From assembly GCA_002427535.1 (NCBI GenBank), contig DIRK01000047.1, positions 1,267 to 65,266 of the forward strand: a DNA stretch of 64,000 bases, read 5' to 3'. Shown piece by piece: positions 48,215-58,326 of this stretch (its first letter is position 1; the number at the start of each line of letters is the position of its first letter). Source of the stretch: Mageeibacillus sp. UBA5438. GTDB taxonomy: Bacteria > Bacillota > Clostridia > Saccharofermentanales > DTU023. A program made the translations under genes and the position numbers. Below the pieces are notes generated by a model. The model saw only the letters and a list, made by a program, of their open reading frames with translations, did not search any database and was not told the origin of the DNA.

Positions 48215-50108
48215 CTTTTATCCTTGCTCGGAGGGCGTAGGCCGCGTCTTTCAGGTGTCGGCCCGCGATCGCCGTGCGATCGTCGGCCGTCATCGGTGAA
48301 AGATCTTCATTGACGAGGACGACCCCTCCCTTATAAGGCTTGGTCATCCAGTTTTTCGCGTACTGTAATTCCTCCGCCTCCCCCCAAAGGTAGGGTACGG
48401 GCAGGAAGCCTGCTGTGAAAATCTGGTAAAAGCCTTCCGCGCTGTAAGGTTTTTCGAGCGATGATTCAATCGCTCGGATTACCGCCTTTGCCTCGGTAAA
48501 GAGCGCCTGTGAACGGCGCTTCACCTCACTATTTTTCCCCATATCGTCCACATCGCCTTTTTTGCGAAGCGCCCGGTAACGCGAAAGCGCGTGACGCGTG
48601 ATCTCGATGCTCTCATGAATGACTTCAGGGGTCGCAAGGTGCAAGGCTTCTGAAAAACTCACCACATGAATCATCCAAGGGCTCCTCTCGTCCCAAGGCT
48701 CGATGTCATCCATGAGGGCCGTGACCGCCGCAAGCTGCGCTTTTGCCAGATCAAGATCAGGTCGAAAGTAATCTAGGCCGGCGCGCGGCTGTAAATAAAT
48801 ACGAAAACCGGAATCTTCCAATTCCCTGACAAGCGCCAGCATGGCCCTTGATTTCGCCAAATCCTGGATCCCCCATGTTGATCGGGGCGTGTTCAGCATA
48901 TCCTGCAAAATAAAATGACGGATGCCCAACCGTTTTGCCCACTTAGCACCAAGGTACGCCGACACGATAAACGTCACGTCATCCGCGCCGCGAAAGGCAA
49001 AATGGTGCGGGACATTGGCCTCTAAGGGCTTATTTTTTTGGGCGATCCAGCGCATGGTCTTTTCATGCTGCAACAGATTTGTATAAAGATCGTTAGGTCC
49101 CCGGCCGTCCAGTTGATTGAACCACCACAAGGACAGGGCATGCCAGGCCATGTTTAATGTCTCTTCGTGCATCTTGGCAAGTTCGGGGATGTTTTTCGTG
49201 CCGGCGTAAGTGCGCACGAGCATGGGGCGCGAAGCCTCCCATACTTGCGCGTATTCCTCGGGTGAGTTAATCGGCACGCCGCCGCCGTTCGGCAAACCCT
49301 CCCAGTCTTCGCCAAAATGGGACTGCGTCAGCTGAGAGCTTCCAATAGACAAAATATCCAGCTGATTGCCGAGGCCAAGTGTCTTGGCCCAGTCGAGAAA
49401 CAAAGCGACCGACGCTTCTCTTGTAAGGGAAGAAGAAAAAGGCCCGATATGCGCGCGAATAAGGGGGAGTGTACCGCGTTCTTGGCAGTATTCTAAGCGT
49501 TTGACAAGCGTATCTTGTGGACTGCCATAACCCTCATAACCCGAGCGATCCGGGGGAGGCTTCCCCCGATAGTCTCCCTTTTTTATAATTTTCTTGCCAA
49601 ATTCCAAAAGCGACTGATCGTAGCGGGAACTTTCACTGTATTCAGAGGGGATCTGTTCAGGGGGAACGCCCATCGCCAAAAGTGTTTTTGCGGCTGTTTC
49701 GCCTCCCTGGAATACCTGGACAAGTCCACGCGATTCTAATTCGATCTTGCGGCAGGCTTCGGGAAGTCCCGCAAAAATGAGAAAGTCCACAGGACCTCCC
49801 TGAAAATCAAAGAGTTGGGCCCGCTTCATCTCCTCCACCAAGGAGCCCATCAGGCGGACGGCTTCCTCCTCATCAAGACGGTAGCTTAAGCCGACGCGCT
49901 GAAGATTATGGGTCTTGATCCAATCGATGACAACAAGGCGCATTCGTTCATCCGTATGACGCTCGAGCGCCTCTGAGACTTCCCCCCCCGCCAAAACGAC
50001 TTCATAACCACAGCTTTCAAGCAAGCTTTTAACGGACTGAATGCCGATCGTATGCGCGTCAACCGATGGTTTGAGTAGTCCGTAACGCGGCTTTTTTCCA
50101 TCATGCAT
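48195..50108 (-). CDS. B12-binding-domain protein of unknown function (N-terminal cobalamin-binding Rossmann domain + ~500-aa uncharacterised domain)
   Basis: Start set at ATG 50108 (MHDGKKPRYGLL), inside ATGCATGA shared with the upstream stop. DxHxxG motif SVDAHTIGI at 50043-50060, followed by the GLSYRL and FAG elements expected of a B12-binding fold. No CxxxCxxC motif. Confidence 0.6.
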   Translation of the reverse strand: MHDGKKPRYGLLKPSVDAHTIGIQSVKSLLESCGYEVVLAGGEVSEALERHTDERMRLVVIDWIKTHNLQRVGLSYRLDEEEAVRLMGSLVEEMKRAQLFDFQGGPVDFLIFAGLPEACRKIELESRGLVQVFQGGETAAKTLLAMGVPPEQIPSEYSESSRYDQSLLEFGKKIIKKGDYRGKPPPDRSGYEGYGSPQDTLVKRLEYCQERGTLPLIRAHIGPFSSSLTREASVALFLDWAKTLGLGNQLDILSIGSSQLTQSHFGEDWEGLPNGGGVPINSPEEYAQVWEASRPMLVRTYAGTKNIPELAKMHEETLNMAWHALSLWWFNQLDGRGPNDLYTNLLQHEKTMRWIAQKNKPLEANVPHHFAFRGADDVTFIVSAYLGAKWAKRLGIRHFILQDMLNTPRSTWGIQDLAKSRAMLALVRELEDSGFRIYLQPRAGLDYFRPDLDLAKAQLAAVTALMDDIEPWDERSPWMIHVVSFSEALHLATPEVIHESIEITRHALSRYRALRKKGDVDDMGKNSEVKRRSQALFTEAKAVIRAIESSLEKPYSAEGFYQIFTAGFLPVPYLWGEAEELQYAKNWMTKPYKGGVVLVNEDLSPMTADDRTAIAGRHLKDAAYALRARIKATSPLT

Positions 50109-51189
50109 GACCGACCCGCCCTTCCAATATTTCATGTAGACAGAGCGTGCCTGAAGAAAGTCCCAGGCTGTCAAGATTCCTACCTACCTTGCGAAAATCG
50201 GTATCCATGAGAAGGGAGGCAAGATCTATGACAAGCGTGGTGTATTGCATGTCAAGTCTTAGATTCTTTCCCACCGCCTCAAGTGGTACGAGACCCGTGG
50301 AGACATCCTCGAAAATATACCGATGAAGGAGCGTGGTGGGGGCCTCGATTTGTTGGTAGGCTTCGTTATTTTGCAGACATTCAAATAATGTTTCGCCTTC
50401 GATCTTGTAGGTACGCCGCATCCAGTCACGTGTCGTTTCGACAGGGTGCCCCAAGGCTTTTGAGACACGCACGCGCTCAGCGTCAATTTTTTCTAAAAAG
50501 GCGCTCACTGTCGGCGTAATGCCGTCATAGTAGTAGCGATAAATATTGGATTCATTCTCTGTCCAACCGGCATTTAAAAGCAGGGGGGCGGAATGAAGGA
50601 TCATGCCGACATTACCGATGGAGGTTTCGATCATGGAGCTTGCGGGAATGAAATATTGTTGAAGGCATTCGGGCAAAGAAGCGATCAATTCTTCATTGGA
50701 TTCTGCGTGAAAAGTTGACAGCAACACATCCGATTTCAACGCAAGGATATGGACGCGGTCGCTCTCGGTTTTGCGGCAGGTGTAGATAATGGTCTGCGCC
50801 TCCGCGATCAACGGCCGCAGTTTTGGATTCACAGATTCAAAAGCGATCTGGAACTCTAAGGCGCCGAAAGTTCGGCCGGGATTTAGTAAAATGAGTGGCT
50901 CATTTTGGATGCTTCTCCCGATGCGGCAGCCCAGCTCCCGATGCGCGTTGGCCGGGGTGGTAATCAAGATTAATTCGGGTTTTTCAAGCGCCTCATCCAG
51001 ATTACAGGTCACCTTGTGAATCGGCACATGGCCTTCGATCATACCCTCCGAATGAATCAACCGTGTTTTCATGAGGGTTTTGACGGTGGCTTCTGTCCGA
51101 TTCCACAAGGTCACCTCGTGCCCTTCCCGGCTCATGTGGGCCGCCATGGCAAGACCTGAATTACCCGCTCCGATCACTGTGACCTTCAT
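50101..51189 (-). CDS. NAD(P)-dependent octopine/nopaline (opine) dehydrogenase family oxidoreductase
   Basis: 362 aa. MKVTVIGAGNSGLAMAAHM Rossmann N-terminus and C-terminal LLHRYIFEDVSTGLVPLEAVG...GRNLDSLGL, typical of the Octopine_DH domain. Confidence 0.8.
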   Translation of the reverse strand: MKVTVIGAGNSGLAMAAHMSREGHEVTLWNRTEATVKTLMKTRLIHSEGMIEGHVPIHKVTCNLDEALEKPELILITTPANAHRELGCRIGRSIQNEPLILLNPGRTFGALEFQIAFESVNPKLRPLIAEAQTIIYTCRKTESDRVHILALKSDVLLSTFHAESNEELIASLPECLQQYFIPASSMIETSIGNVGMILHSAPLLLNAGWTENESNIYRYYYDGITPTVSAFLEKIDAERVRVSKALGHPVETTRDWMRRTYKIEGETLFECLQNNEAYQQIEAPTTLLHRYIFEDVSTGLVPLEAVGKNLRLDMQYTTLVIDLASLLMDTDFRKVGRNLDSLGLSSGTLCLHEILEGRVGHA

Positions 51190-51320
51190 ACATCTCCCTT
51201 TCTGCCGTCGCTAAGACACCTGTTCGAGCAAGTACCGCTACACGCTATTCAATTGTGCTTGGTGTTCAACCGATTTGAATGATTTAGGTATTTATCATAA
51301 CAAAAAGCGAATAATTATGC

Positions 51321-52502
51321 TTAGCCTTCGTAGCGCAGTGCTTCAATCGGATGTTTGTCCGCTGCCTTGTAGGCCGGATAGAGTCCGAACAACACGCCGA
51401 TGGCGATCGCGAAAGCCACCGCGATCATGACAATTTGAAACGATAGGTTGAAGGTAATAAGTCCTTTGGCTATGAGGGTGGCGATTTGCAAAAGCCCAAA
51501 TGACAGCAATATGCCGATCGCGCAACCCATGAGGCTCACGACGAGGGCTTCGATCAGGAACTGGAATAGAATACCGCTTTTGGTCGCGCCGATCGCTTTT
51601 CGGATGCCAATTTCACGCGTGCGCTCCGTGACAGAGACCAGCATGATGTTCATGATGCCAATCCCGCCGACAAGAAGCGAAATCGCCGCGATGCCGCCCA
51701 AAAGATAGGACAGCATATCGGTGACCGTTCCGACAACCTCCATGAGGTTTGACTGGTTGAACACGAAGAACGCGTTTTCATCGTTTTTCAAACGCCGCAT
51801 CAAAAATGAGTGCAGTGTTTCTTCCGCCTCATCCATACTTTTCGGATTATTGGGCGTCACGATAAAATTGGAGATACCGTCCCGCATGGCTGACATACGG
51901 GTCAGCACCGTGTAGGGCGCGTAAATTTTGACAGAGGTGGTCATGGCGCTCATCAGCGAAGTATCTTCTTCTAAAACTCCCACCACGGTGAAATCTCTTC
52001 CGCCGAGGTTGATTTTCTCGCCTAAGGGATCACTTTGACCGAAGAATTTTTCCCAAGCTTCAATACTGAGTACACAGACGTAGGCGCTGTTATCGACGTC
52101 ACTTGTGCGCAAAAAGCGTCCCTGTTTCAATTTCCAATGGTGGATCTCCCCGTAGCTGGGGAGCGTCCCGTAAAGCGTTGATTTTTCTTCGGTGTAGCCG
52201 TGCTTCGCATTCACCACCATCTGCGTTAAGGGCGCAATTTGCCCTACGGAGGGGTGCTGCGAAAGACGTTCCAAGTCATCTAGTTTTAAGGGGTATCCCT
52301 TGTCGTCCAGTACCATCGCCGTCAGCATGTCGGTCCCTAAGGTAGCCACCTGCTCGGTCACGGAGTCGGAGGCGCTGCTTACAAGCGACACGAGCACCAC
52401 GAGCGCGATTACGCCGATGATGATTCCCAGCATCGTCAAAAAGGAGCGGATCTTGTTCGCTGTAATCGATTCAAATGCCATGCGGATCGACTGGAAAATC
52501 AA
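51321..52502 (-). CDS. ABC efflux permease, MacB/FtsX-like (YknZ-like)
   Basis: 393 aa. N-terminal TM, periplasmic-core-like domain, C-terminal FtsX domain with TERTREIGIRKAIGA motif. Confidence 0.85.
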   Translation of the reverse strand: MIFQSIRMAFESITANKIRSFLTMLGIIIGVIALVVLVSLVSSASDSVTEQVATLGTDMLTAMVLDDKGYPLKLDDLERLSQHPSVGQIAPLTQMVVNAKHGYTEEKSTLYGTLPSYGEIHHWKLKQGRFLRTSDVDNSAYVCVLSIEAWEKFFGQSDPLGEKINLGGRDFTVVGVLEEDTSLMSAMTTSVKIYAPYTVLTRMSAMRDGISNFIVTPNNPKSMDEAEETLHSFLMRRLKNDENAFFVFNQSNLMEVVGTVTDMLSYLLGGIAAISLLVGGIGIMNIMLVSVTERTREIGIRKAIGATKSGILFQFLIEALVVSLMGCAIGILLSFGLLQIATLIAKGLITFNLSFQIVMIAVAFAIAIGVLFGLYPAYKAADKHPIEALRYEG

Positions 52503-53185
52503 GAAATTGCCTCCTCGTAGACTTTACCGTCAAGGATATGCACCATGCGGTCAGCGGTTTTTGCAACATCCGGGTTGTGTGTAATCAAGACGATGGTGTT
52601 CCCGGCCTTGTGGAGTTCATGGAATAATTCAATGATCTCCGCCCCCGTCTTGGAGTCAAGGTTCCCTGTGGGTTCATCGGCTAACAACAAAGATGGCTTA
52701 GTCACAAGGGCTCTTGCGATTGCGACGCGCTGCTGCTGGCCACCTGAGAGTTCAAAGGGTTTATGCTTTCGCCGGTCAATCAGGTCCACGCGTTCCAAGG
52801 CTTCTGTCACAAGTTTTTTTCTTTCACCCATCGTGATGCGCTGGTAGATCAAGGGGAGTTCCACATTGGCTTCCGCGGTCAGGCGTGAGAGCAAGTTGAA
52901 GTTTTGAAACACAAAACCGATTTTGTCATTTCGGATATGCGCCAATTCCCTGTCCGAATAACGGTCGATGGAAAGCCCGTCCAGGATGTACTCTCCGCTG
53001 TCGGCCACATCAAGACAGCCAATGATGTTCATCATGGTGGTCTTCCCGCTGCCGGAAGGCCCGACAATGCTGACAAATTCGCCTTCGCGAATCGCCAAGG
53101 AGGCCTCATCAAGCGCGCGCACTTCCTGTCCACCGACATGGTAGATTTTCGAGACATCGCGAAATTCAATCATAGTGTTACGCAT
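52499..53185 (-). CDS. ABC efflux ATP-binding protein (MacB/LolD/YknY-like)
   Basis: MIEFRDVSKIY, GPSGSGKTT, LSGGQQQRVAIARAL and LLADEPTGNLD motifs. 4-nt overlap with the permease gene. Start at 53185 or 53173. Confidence 0.88.
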   Translation of the reverse strand: MRNTMIEFRDVSKIYHVGGQEVRALDEASLAIREGEFVSIVGPSGSGKTTMMNIIGCLDVADSGEYILDGLSIDRYSDRELAHIRNDKIGFVFQNFNLLSRLTAEANVELPLIYQRITMGERKKLVTEALERVDLIDRRKHKPFELSGGQQQRVAIARALVTKPSLLLADEPTGNLDSKTGAEIIELFHELHKAGNTIVLITHNPDVAKTADRMVHILDGKVYEEAIS

Positions 53186-54788
53186 CGTTTGCCCGGGTCG
53201 TTTCGTCACTGTTTCCGCCCCGATGGCCGGGAGGGCCAAAGGGGAACATCATGTCCTGAGACGCGACCGGATAATACACCGTCGTGCCTTCTGTAATCCC
53301 CTCCAAGATCTCGATGCGATCGCCGTCTGAAAGTCCCGTGAGAATTTCTGTTTCACCTTCCAATTCCCCGGTTCTTTCATTCTTTTCGGTGTAGACAAAG
53401 GCACGGCCGCCGCTTTCTTGCAGGGCGATCACAGGGAGTGTTAGGATATCGACTTTTTCATCCACCGTCACGGTAGCGGTCGCGCTCATGCCGATGCGCA
53501 TGACCTCTTCGGCGGGGATGCTGACACGGGCCAGGAATCGGGCGATCCCGCCCATCTCGATTGCGGTGTCAGAGACTTCTTCAATCGTGCCACTAAATGC
53601 TTCGCGATCAATCGCGTCGAAGGTGACCGACACCGATTGCCCTTCTTTCACCGATAATATATCGAGTTCATCAATATCAATCATGAGCTGGTAGCGATCC
53701 GAAGGCGCGAAGGTGAAGGCCGATACCGCTTCAAGTCGCAGATCGCCCATCGCGGTCTGCGAGAAATCTCCGGTCATCTCATCTTCTGTCAATCCGACCG
53801 CTAAAATAATGACGTCTTCGGGTGCTGTGACAGCATTTGTTTTTGACAGCTCAAGTAGCTCATTCAGCCTTATAACGGCGTCATCGCGGTCGGCAAACAA
53901 TTTTTCATACGATGCCTCTGGCGAAAGATCTTCCATGGTCATAAGCGCTCGGCCCATCAATATCTTCTCATTTTCGTTCACATGGATGGTCTTCACTTTT
54001 CCATCCGTCACGATGAGCGGTAACGGGCGGTGAATCACAAGTTCACCCTCAGCTAAATGTTCTTTATCTTTTGTTTCAATCTTAACCGCTTCGCCGATCT
54101 TAGGGCCGTTGTCCGTTAAGGTCACGGTGTAGGTCGAGCCCTTCTTTTCACGCACGGTACCTGTCTTGACTGTCCCGTCCTCTAATACAACGCGCAGTTC
54201 GTCCGAAACTGAAAGTGTCTTTTGGCCGTCAAAGGAGACAGCCATTTTGCCGTCTAAGGAAAGCAATATCACAGATCCGTATTGTTCATGGACATCACGG
54301 GCGAACGCGCCTTCCTCGGCGTAAATAGCCTTCACGCGTCCTTCAACCTGATTTCTCAAGACCCAGGGATCGTCAGGGGTGGCCGCACGTTGAATCGCAA
54401 GGTTCAAGCTGTCAATCTCCGATTCAAGTTGAGCGATGGCAAGTCTTATCGAAAGCGGATCAAAGCTTACGAGCGTGTCTCCCTTTTTGACGCGGTCATT
54501 TTCTTCCACATGAATTGTATCGACTAAGATTCCCGTGGGGACATCAAGTGTCGACTCTTTGCCGTAGCCCAGGTGGCCGGTTCCGACGACCGTCACGGTC
54601 AGGTTTCCCTTTTGGAGTGTTGCCTCCCGTACGTTCGTGCTCGATGTCCCAGTTTGATTCGGCCGAATCAAAAAAAACAAAAACAATGCTACAAGGACAG
54701 GGACTACAATCCAGGACCAGCGTATTCTTCTTCTTTTTTTCGTCTTATTATTGGTGTCACTCATCTTTTTTTCCGCCATACAATTCAT
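53178..54788 (-). CDS. HlyD-family periplasmic adaptor / membrane-fusion protein (YknX/MacA-like)
   Basis: 536 aa. N-terminal basic stretch plus TM (RRRIRWSWIVVPVLVALFLFF), lipoyl-like GDTLVSFD and coiled-coil segments. First gene of the three-gene efflux operon. Confidence 0.78.
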   Translation of the reverse strand: MNCMAEKKMSDTNNKTKKRRRIRWSWIVVPVLVALFLFFLIRPNQTGTSSTNVREATLQKGNLTVTVVGTGHLGYGKESTLDVPTGILVDTIHVEENDRVKKGDTLVSFDPLSIRLAIAQLESEIDSLNLAIQRAATPDDPWVLRNQVEGRVKAIYAEEGAFARDVHEQYGSVILLSLDGKMAVSFDGQKTLSVSDELRVVLEDGTVKTGTVREKKGSTYTVTLTDNGPKIGEAVKIETKDKEHLAEGELVIHRPLPLIVTDGKVKTIHVNENEKILMGRALMTMEDLSPEASYEKLFADRDDAVIRLNELLELSKTNAVTAPEDVIILAVGLTEDEMTGDFSQTAMGDLRLEAVSAFTFAPSDRYQLMIDIDELDILSVKEGQSVSVTFDAIDREAFSGTIEEVSDTAIEMGGIARFLARVSIPAEEVMRIGMSATATVTVDEKVDILTLPVIALQESGGRAFVYTEKNERTGELEGETEILTGLSDGDRIEILEGITEGTTVYYPVASQDMMFPFGPPGHRGGNSDETTRANDA

Positions 54789-54848
54789 TCAACTTGGATC
54801 AGAATACAGGAGGAAGATGGCGATCGCGTGAAATCAATGCAACAACGT

Positions 54849-55490
54849 TCAATTTTTAAGCATATTGCGGATCGCCCTCTTACCCCATTCCATCGCCGGC
54901 ACCATGATGGGACCGACAAGGAAAGCGCCCAGAAGCGTCCCAAACCAGACCGTACCGCCTAAAAGCCATCCGGCAAGCGTCATCAGGATGTCATAGAGAA
55001 TGCGCACATAGCGGTAGGAGATGCCCGTCTTTTTGGCGATGGTCTGGTTAATGCCGTCCGTGGGACCGAGCCCCAGTTCGGCTGATTGGTATAGCCCCAG
55101 CCCGATCCCGATGAACACCGTCCCCAACAAGATCATGACGATGCGGATCAGCATGGAAGGATCGCCGCCCACAACAAAGGGTATAAGGTAGTGAAACAGG
55201 TCAATGAAGGATCCAATGGCAAAGGCATAGATGGCCGTGCCCAGGTGGATGAGCTTGCGGTCGACAATGAGTAAAACAACAAGTGTCACGGCATAAAGGA
55301 TATTGGTGGCCATGCCCGCCGTGACCCCGAGGCTTCGCCCCAACCCCTCCACAAAGGCTGTGACGGGGTCCGACCCGAGTTCGGCGCGCAGATAAAGCGC
55401 ACAGCCCAAGGCGGCGCCCATGACGCCTATGAGGATAAAGATCAATCGGAGAATCAGGCTTTTCAAACCACGTTTTTTATTCATACTCAC
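54849..55490 (-). CDS. YczE/YitT-like integral membrane protein
   Basis: 213 aa with ~6 TM helices. N-terminus LILRLIFILIGVMGAALGCALYLRAELGSDPVTAF is typical of the YczE family. Confidence 0.6.
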   Translation of the reverse strand: MSMNKKRGLKSLILRLIFILIGVMGAALGCALYLRAELGSDPVTAFVEGLGRSLGVTAGMATNILYAVTLVVLLIVDRKLIHLGTAIYAFAIGSFIDLFHYLIPFVVGGDPSMLIRIVMILLGTVFIGIGLGLYQSAELGLGPTDGINQTIAKKTGISYRYVRILYDILMTLAGWLLGGTVWFGTLLGAFLVGPIMVPAMEWGKRAIRNMLKN

Positions 55491-55636
55491 CTGCTCATCT
55501 TGAATTCAACATACAACAGAATACATGAATGATTCAAAAGAGGCGGACGTAACCCAAAAAAGACCGCGACAACGCTCAAACTGATGTATCTCTATGTACT
55601 TTTCTTGTACATTTATAGCGCCTCAGAAGGCAATCT

Positions 55637-56740
55637 TCAAATTTGACGCATGGCCGATACCACCCGGTCTACACTTTCGATCTTGGCGTTGTAGCCCATG
55701 AGGCCGACGCGTACGATTTTGCCGGCCAATGCGCCAAGCCCCGCGCTGATTTCGATATGGCGTTCGCCCAATAATGTCGATCGAAGCGCCGATTCATCGA
55801 CTCCCTCCGGGACCACAAGTGCGTTCAGCATCGGGAGACGGTACGGCTCATCGACCAAAAGTGTCCAGCCCAAAGATCCTAGCTGTTCCACCCAATGTTT
55901 GTGCGCCTTCACATGGCGTTCGAAGACCTTTGCCGGTCCCTCCTCCAGTATATTCAGCACCGCCTGGTACAACCCGTACATCATGTTGATCGGAGGCGTG
56001 TGGTGGTATACGCGTTTGCCGCCGCTCATATATTCTGTTAAGAGTGTCATGTCAACATACCAGTTGGGTACCTTTGTTTTTCTTTTTTTAATGGCTTCAA
56101 CAGCCCTTGGTGAAAAGGTAATCGGCGAGGCGCCCGGCGGGCAGGACAGGCATTTTTGTGAGCCGGCGTAGCAGACATCGACGCCCCAACGATCCGCTTC
56201 AATCGGCATGCCCCCGATGGCGGTGACCGCGTCGACGATGTAGAGGGTATCTTCTTTCAACAACTCCCCGATTTCTTTGACGGGGTTTAACACACCCGTG
56301 GAGGTTTCGGCCATGACGACGGCGACGATTTTGAAAGAGTCTTGTCGCAGCGCTTTTTCAACTTCCTCTATATCAGCGGGGGTCCCCCATTCAAAGGCAA
56401 GCTCTGTCACCTGAGCGCCCAAACGGGTAGCGACCTCCACCATGCGGACACCGAAAACACCGTTTTGCAAGATGAGAACCTTGTCCCCTTGTTCCACAAG
56501 GTTCACAAAGGAGGCTTCCATGCCCAATGAACCGGTGCCGGACAAAGGGATGGTCAGTGTATTTTCGGTACCGAAGAGTACGCGTAAACCGGCCATTAAT
56601 TCATCCATGATCCGGATAAAATAAGGATCCATATGACCCAAGGTGGGCTGCGACATGGCGTGGTAGGTCGAGGGGGCGACACTTGACGGCCCCGCTCCCA
56701 TGAGCATCGTGCTTTGTACGCGATCGAGTAAGTTATTCAT
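55637..56740 (-). CDS. class V PLP-dependent aminotransferase (alanine-glyoxylate/serine-pyruvate type)
   Basis: 367 aa with MGAGPSSVAP N-terminal motif, DAVTAIGG, and the PLP-lysine context YAGSQKCLSCPPG. Confidence 0.82.
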   Translation of the reverse strand: MNNLLDRVQSTMLMGAGPSSVAPSTYHAMSQPTLGHMDPYFIRIMDELMAGLRVLFGTENTLTIPLSGTGSLGMEASFVNLVEQGDKVLILQNGVFGVRMVEVATRLGAQVTELAFEWGTPADIEEVEKALRQDSFKIVAVVMAETSTGVLNPVKEIGELLKEDTLYIVDAVTAIGGMPIEADRWGVDVCYAGSQKCLSCPPGASPITFSPRAVEAIKKRKTKVPNWYVDMTLLTEYMSGGKRVYHHTPPINMMYGLYQAVLNILEEGPAKVFERHVKAHKHWVEQLGSLGWTLLVDEPYRLPMLNALVVPEGVDESALRSTLLGERHIEISAGLGALAGKIVRVGLMGYNAKIESVDRVVSAMRQI

Positions 56741-56862
56741 GAGGCAATTCCTCCGGTTATCATTTTCAGTTCTCTTTTTATCCTACTTGAAATGGTGGAA
56801 AGATTCACTTGTGAACGGACAAGCCATAAGTATTTAAAAGGAGCAGGGACTTCACAATCATT

Positions 56863-58233
56863 TTATATATCATCACCCAAACGCGTAATGATCCCATGCA
56901 CAATCGCCTTTTCGTACATTTCCCGAAACATCTTCTTTGCTCCCTCGCCAAAACTTATGGACATCGAACTCGTAAAGCTGTCATAGATGATTTTGTCCTC
57001 AAAAGGTAACAGCACCGTTTCAATTTGAGTCGGTAATTTCCTCTGCATAGCGTCTGACAGCGACCGGCTAATGCCCTTAATACCGTACAGCCTGTTTTCT
57101 TTTTGCTCGTTAGTGCCAATCACCACCGCATATTCGGGTTTGTAATCCACCAAAAGGAACATATCCTTCTTGTGGTGATCGCGCCAGGCTTCAAGAAGCG
57201 CGATTTTTCTGTCCGTGAGCGACACGGCGTTCAGGTAATCGTCTATCAATTTTGGATTTTCCCACAAAACCTCGCGCACTTTATAGATCTGCTCGTCACT
57301 GACAGGATTGGGGTAAACCGGCTTGACCACCTCGTTAATGACTTTTTTTTGTTCGTTGACAAAGCTCATTAATCCATACCAAGTTTCATAAAACAGGGCG
57401 CATTCGCTTCTTGAAAGTTGCGCCGTTTGGGATTCCTCGATCAGGAGGCAGCATCTTTTATATTTCTTGCCGCTTCCGCAAGGGCAAGGGTCGTTCCGGC
57501 CTATCATTTTCCTTTCCGACAGGAGGATCTGTGACGGATCGTTTTGGGGAAAGTGGTCTGCAAGATACTTATTCATCTCGTTTGGAGTATGACCTTTATT
57601 TGACCAGAGCCGCATATTGTTACAGGCATCCGTAAACAACTCGAGAAACACCTGGGCTTGTTTTTCGCTGCTAAAAATTAGCCCATATTTTTCAAGAAGC
57701 TCGCCAACTTCGTAAATTCCTGCGCTGAACGCCGAGATTTCCTTTAATTCATTGTAGAATCGGTATCTCTGATTGTTATCCGGCCACTCTTTGACGGCAA
57801 ACTCATGGAGTTTATCCCAGAAAGATGCCTGCGTTTTGCTCTCGTAATATGGGTTTGCAAATTTCAAAAACTCATCCTTTTCAGGGATGAACCTCGGCTT
57901 TTCACCTTGCTTTAAAAGCCAAGCGTCTGCATATTCAAAGTCCTCGATTGCCCAGTAATGGACGATGTTTTCTTTATAAAAGCAATACCATTTATGTTTC
58001 AGTACGAGCGGTAGTAGCAATGTGACCACCTCGTCGGGGGTTGTCTGTTCCTCGTTCTGGCGGTTGAATATTTCTGCAAGTTCTTCCTTAGAAATGACGC
58101 CATAGAGATTTACGGCCGCCCTTGCGTACAGATCAAGCAATTTGCGTACGGGCGCGCGCCCGTACGGGCAGCGGGTTACCGCTTCGACCGGGTTATATTT
58201 CTTAAATATTTTCTGCGACTTACTTCCAGTCAA
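56863..58233 (-). CDS. SEC-C-motif protein of unknown function
   Basis: 456 aa. Internal RNDPCPCGSGKKYKRCC SEC-C metal-binding motif. TTG start at 58233 preceded by GAGGGA-N7. No other recognisable domain. Confidence 0.6.
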   Translation of the reverse strand: MTGSKSQKIFKKYNPVEAVTRCPYGRAPVRKLLDLYARAAVNLYGVISKEELAEIFNRQNEEQTTPDEVVTLLLPLVLKHKWYCFYKENIVHYWAIEDFEYADAWLLKQGEKPRFIPEKDEFLKFANPYYESKTQASFWDKLHEFAVKEWPDNNQRYRFYNELKEISAFSAGIYEVGELLEKYGLIFSSEKQAQVFLELFTDACNNMRLWSNKGHTPNEMNKYLADHFPQNDPSQILLSERKMIGRNDPCPCGSGKKYKRCCLLIEESQTAQLSRSECALFYETWYGLMSFVNEQKKVINEVVKPVYPNPVSDEQIYKVREVLWENPKLIDDYLNAVSLTDRKIALLEAWRDHHKKDMFLLVDYKPEYAVVIGTNEQKENRLYGIKGISRSLSDAMQRKLPTQIETVLLPFEDKIIYDSFTSSMSISFGEGAKKMFREMYEKAIVHGIITRLGDDI

Positions 58234-58326
58234 TTATCATTCCCTCACCTTCGGTTTTAAATCCACGGTGCAAGTACCAGCCGAGCACCTCACGGACAAA
58301 CATATTATAAGCTATTTCGCGTTATA

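Noticed and set aside
50101-51189. Opine dehydrogenase as part of a staphylopine/pseudopaline-type metallophore pathway (CntM-like), given the neighbouring metal ATPase and an Opp-type importer in the window.
   Set aside because: No nicotianamine-synthase-like (CntL) or histidine racemase gene is present. The opp operon is 5 kb away in a separate peptidase cluster. The dehydrogenase is instead translationally coupled to a B12-domain protein.
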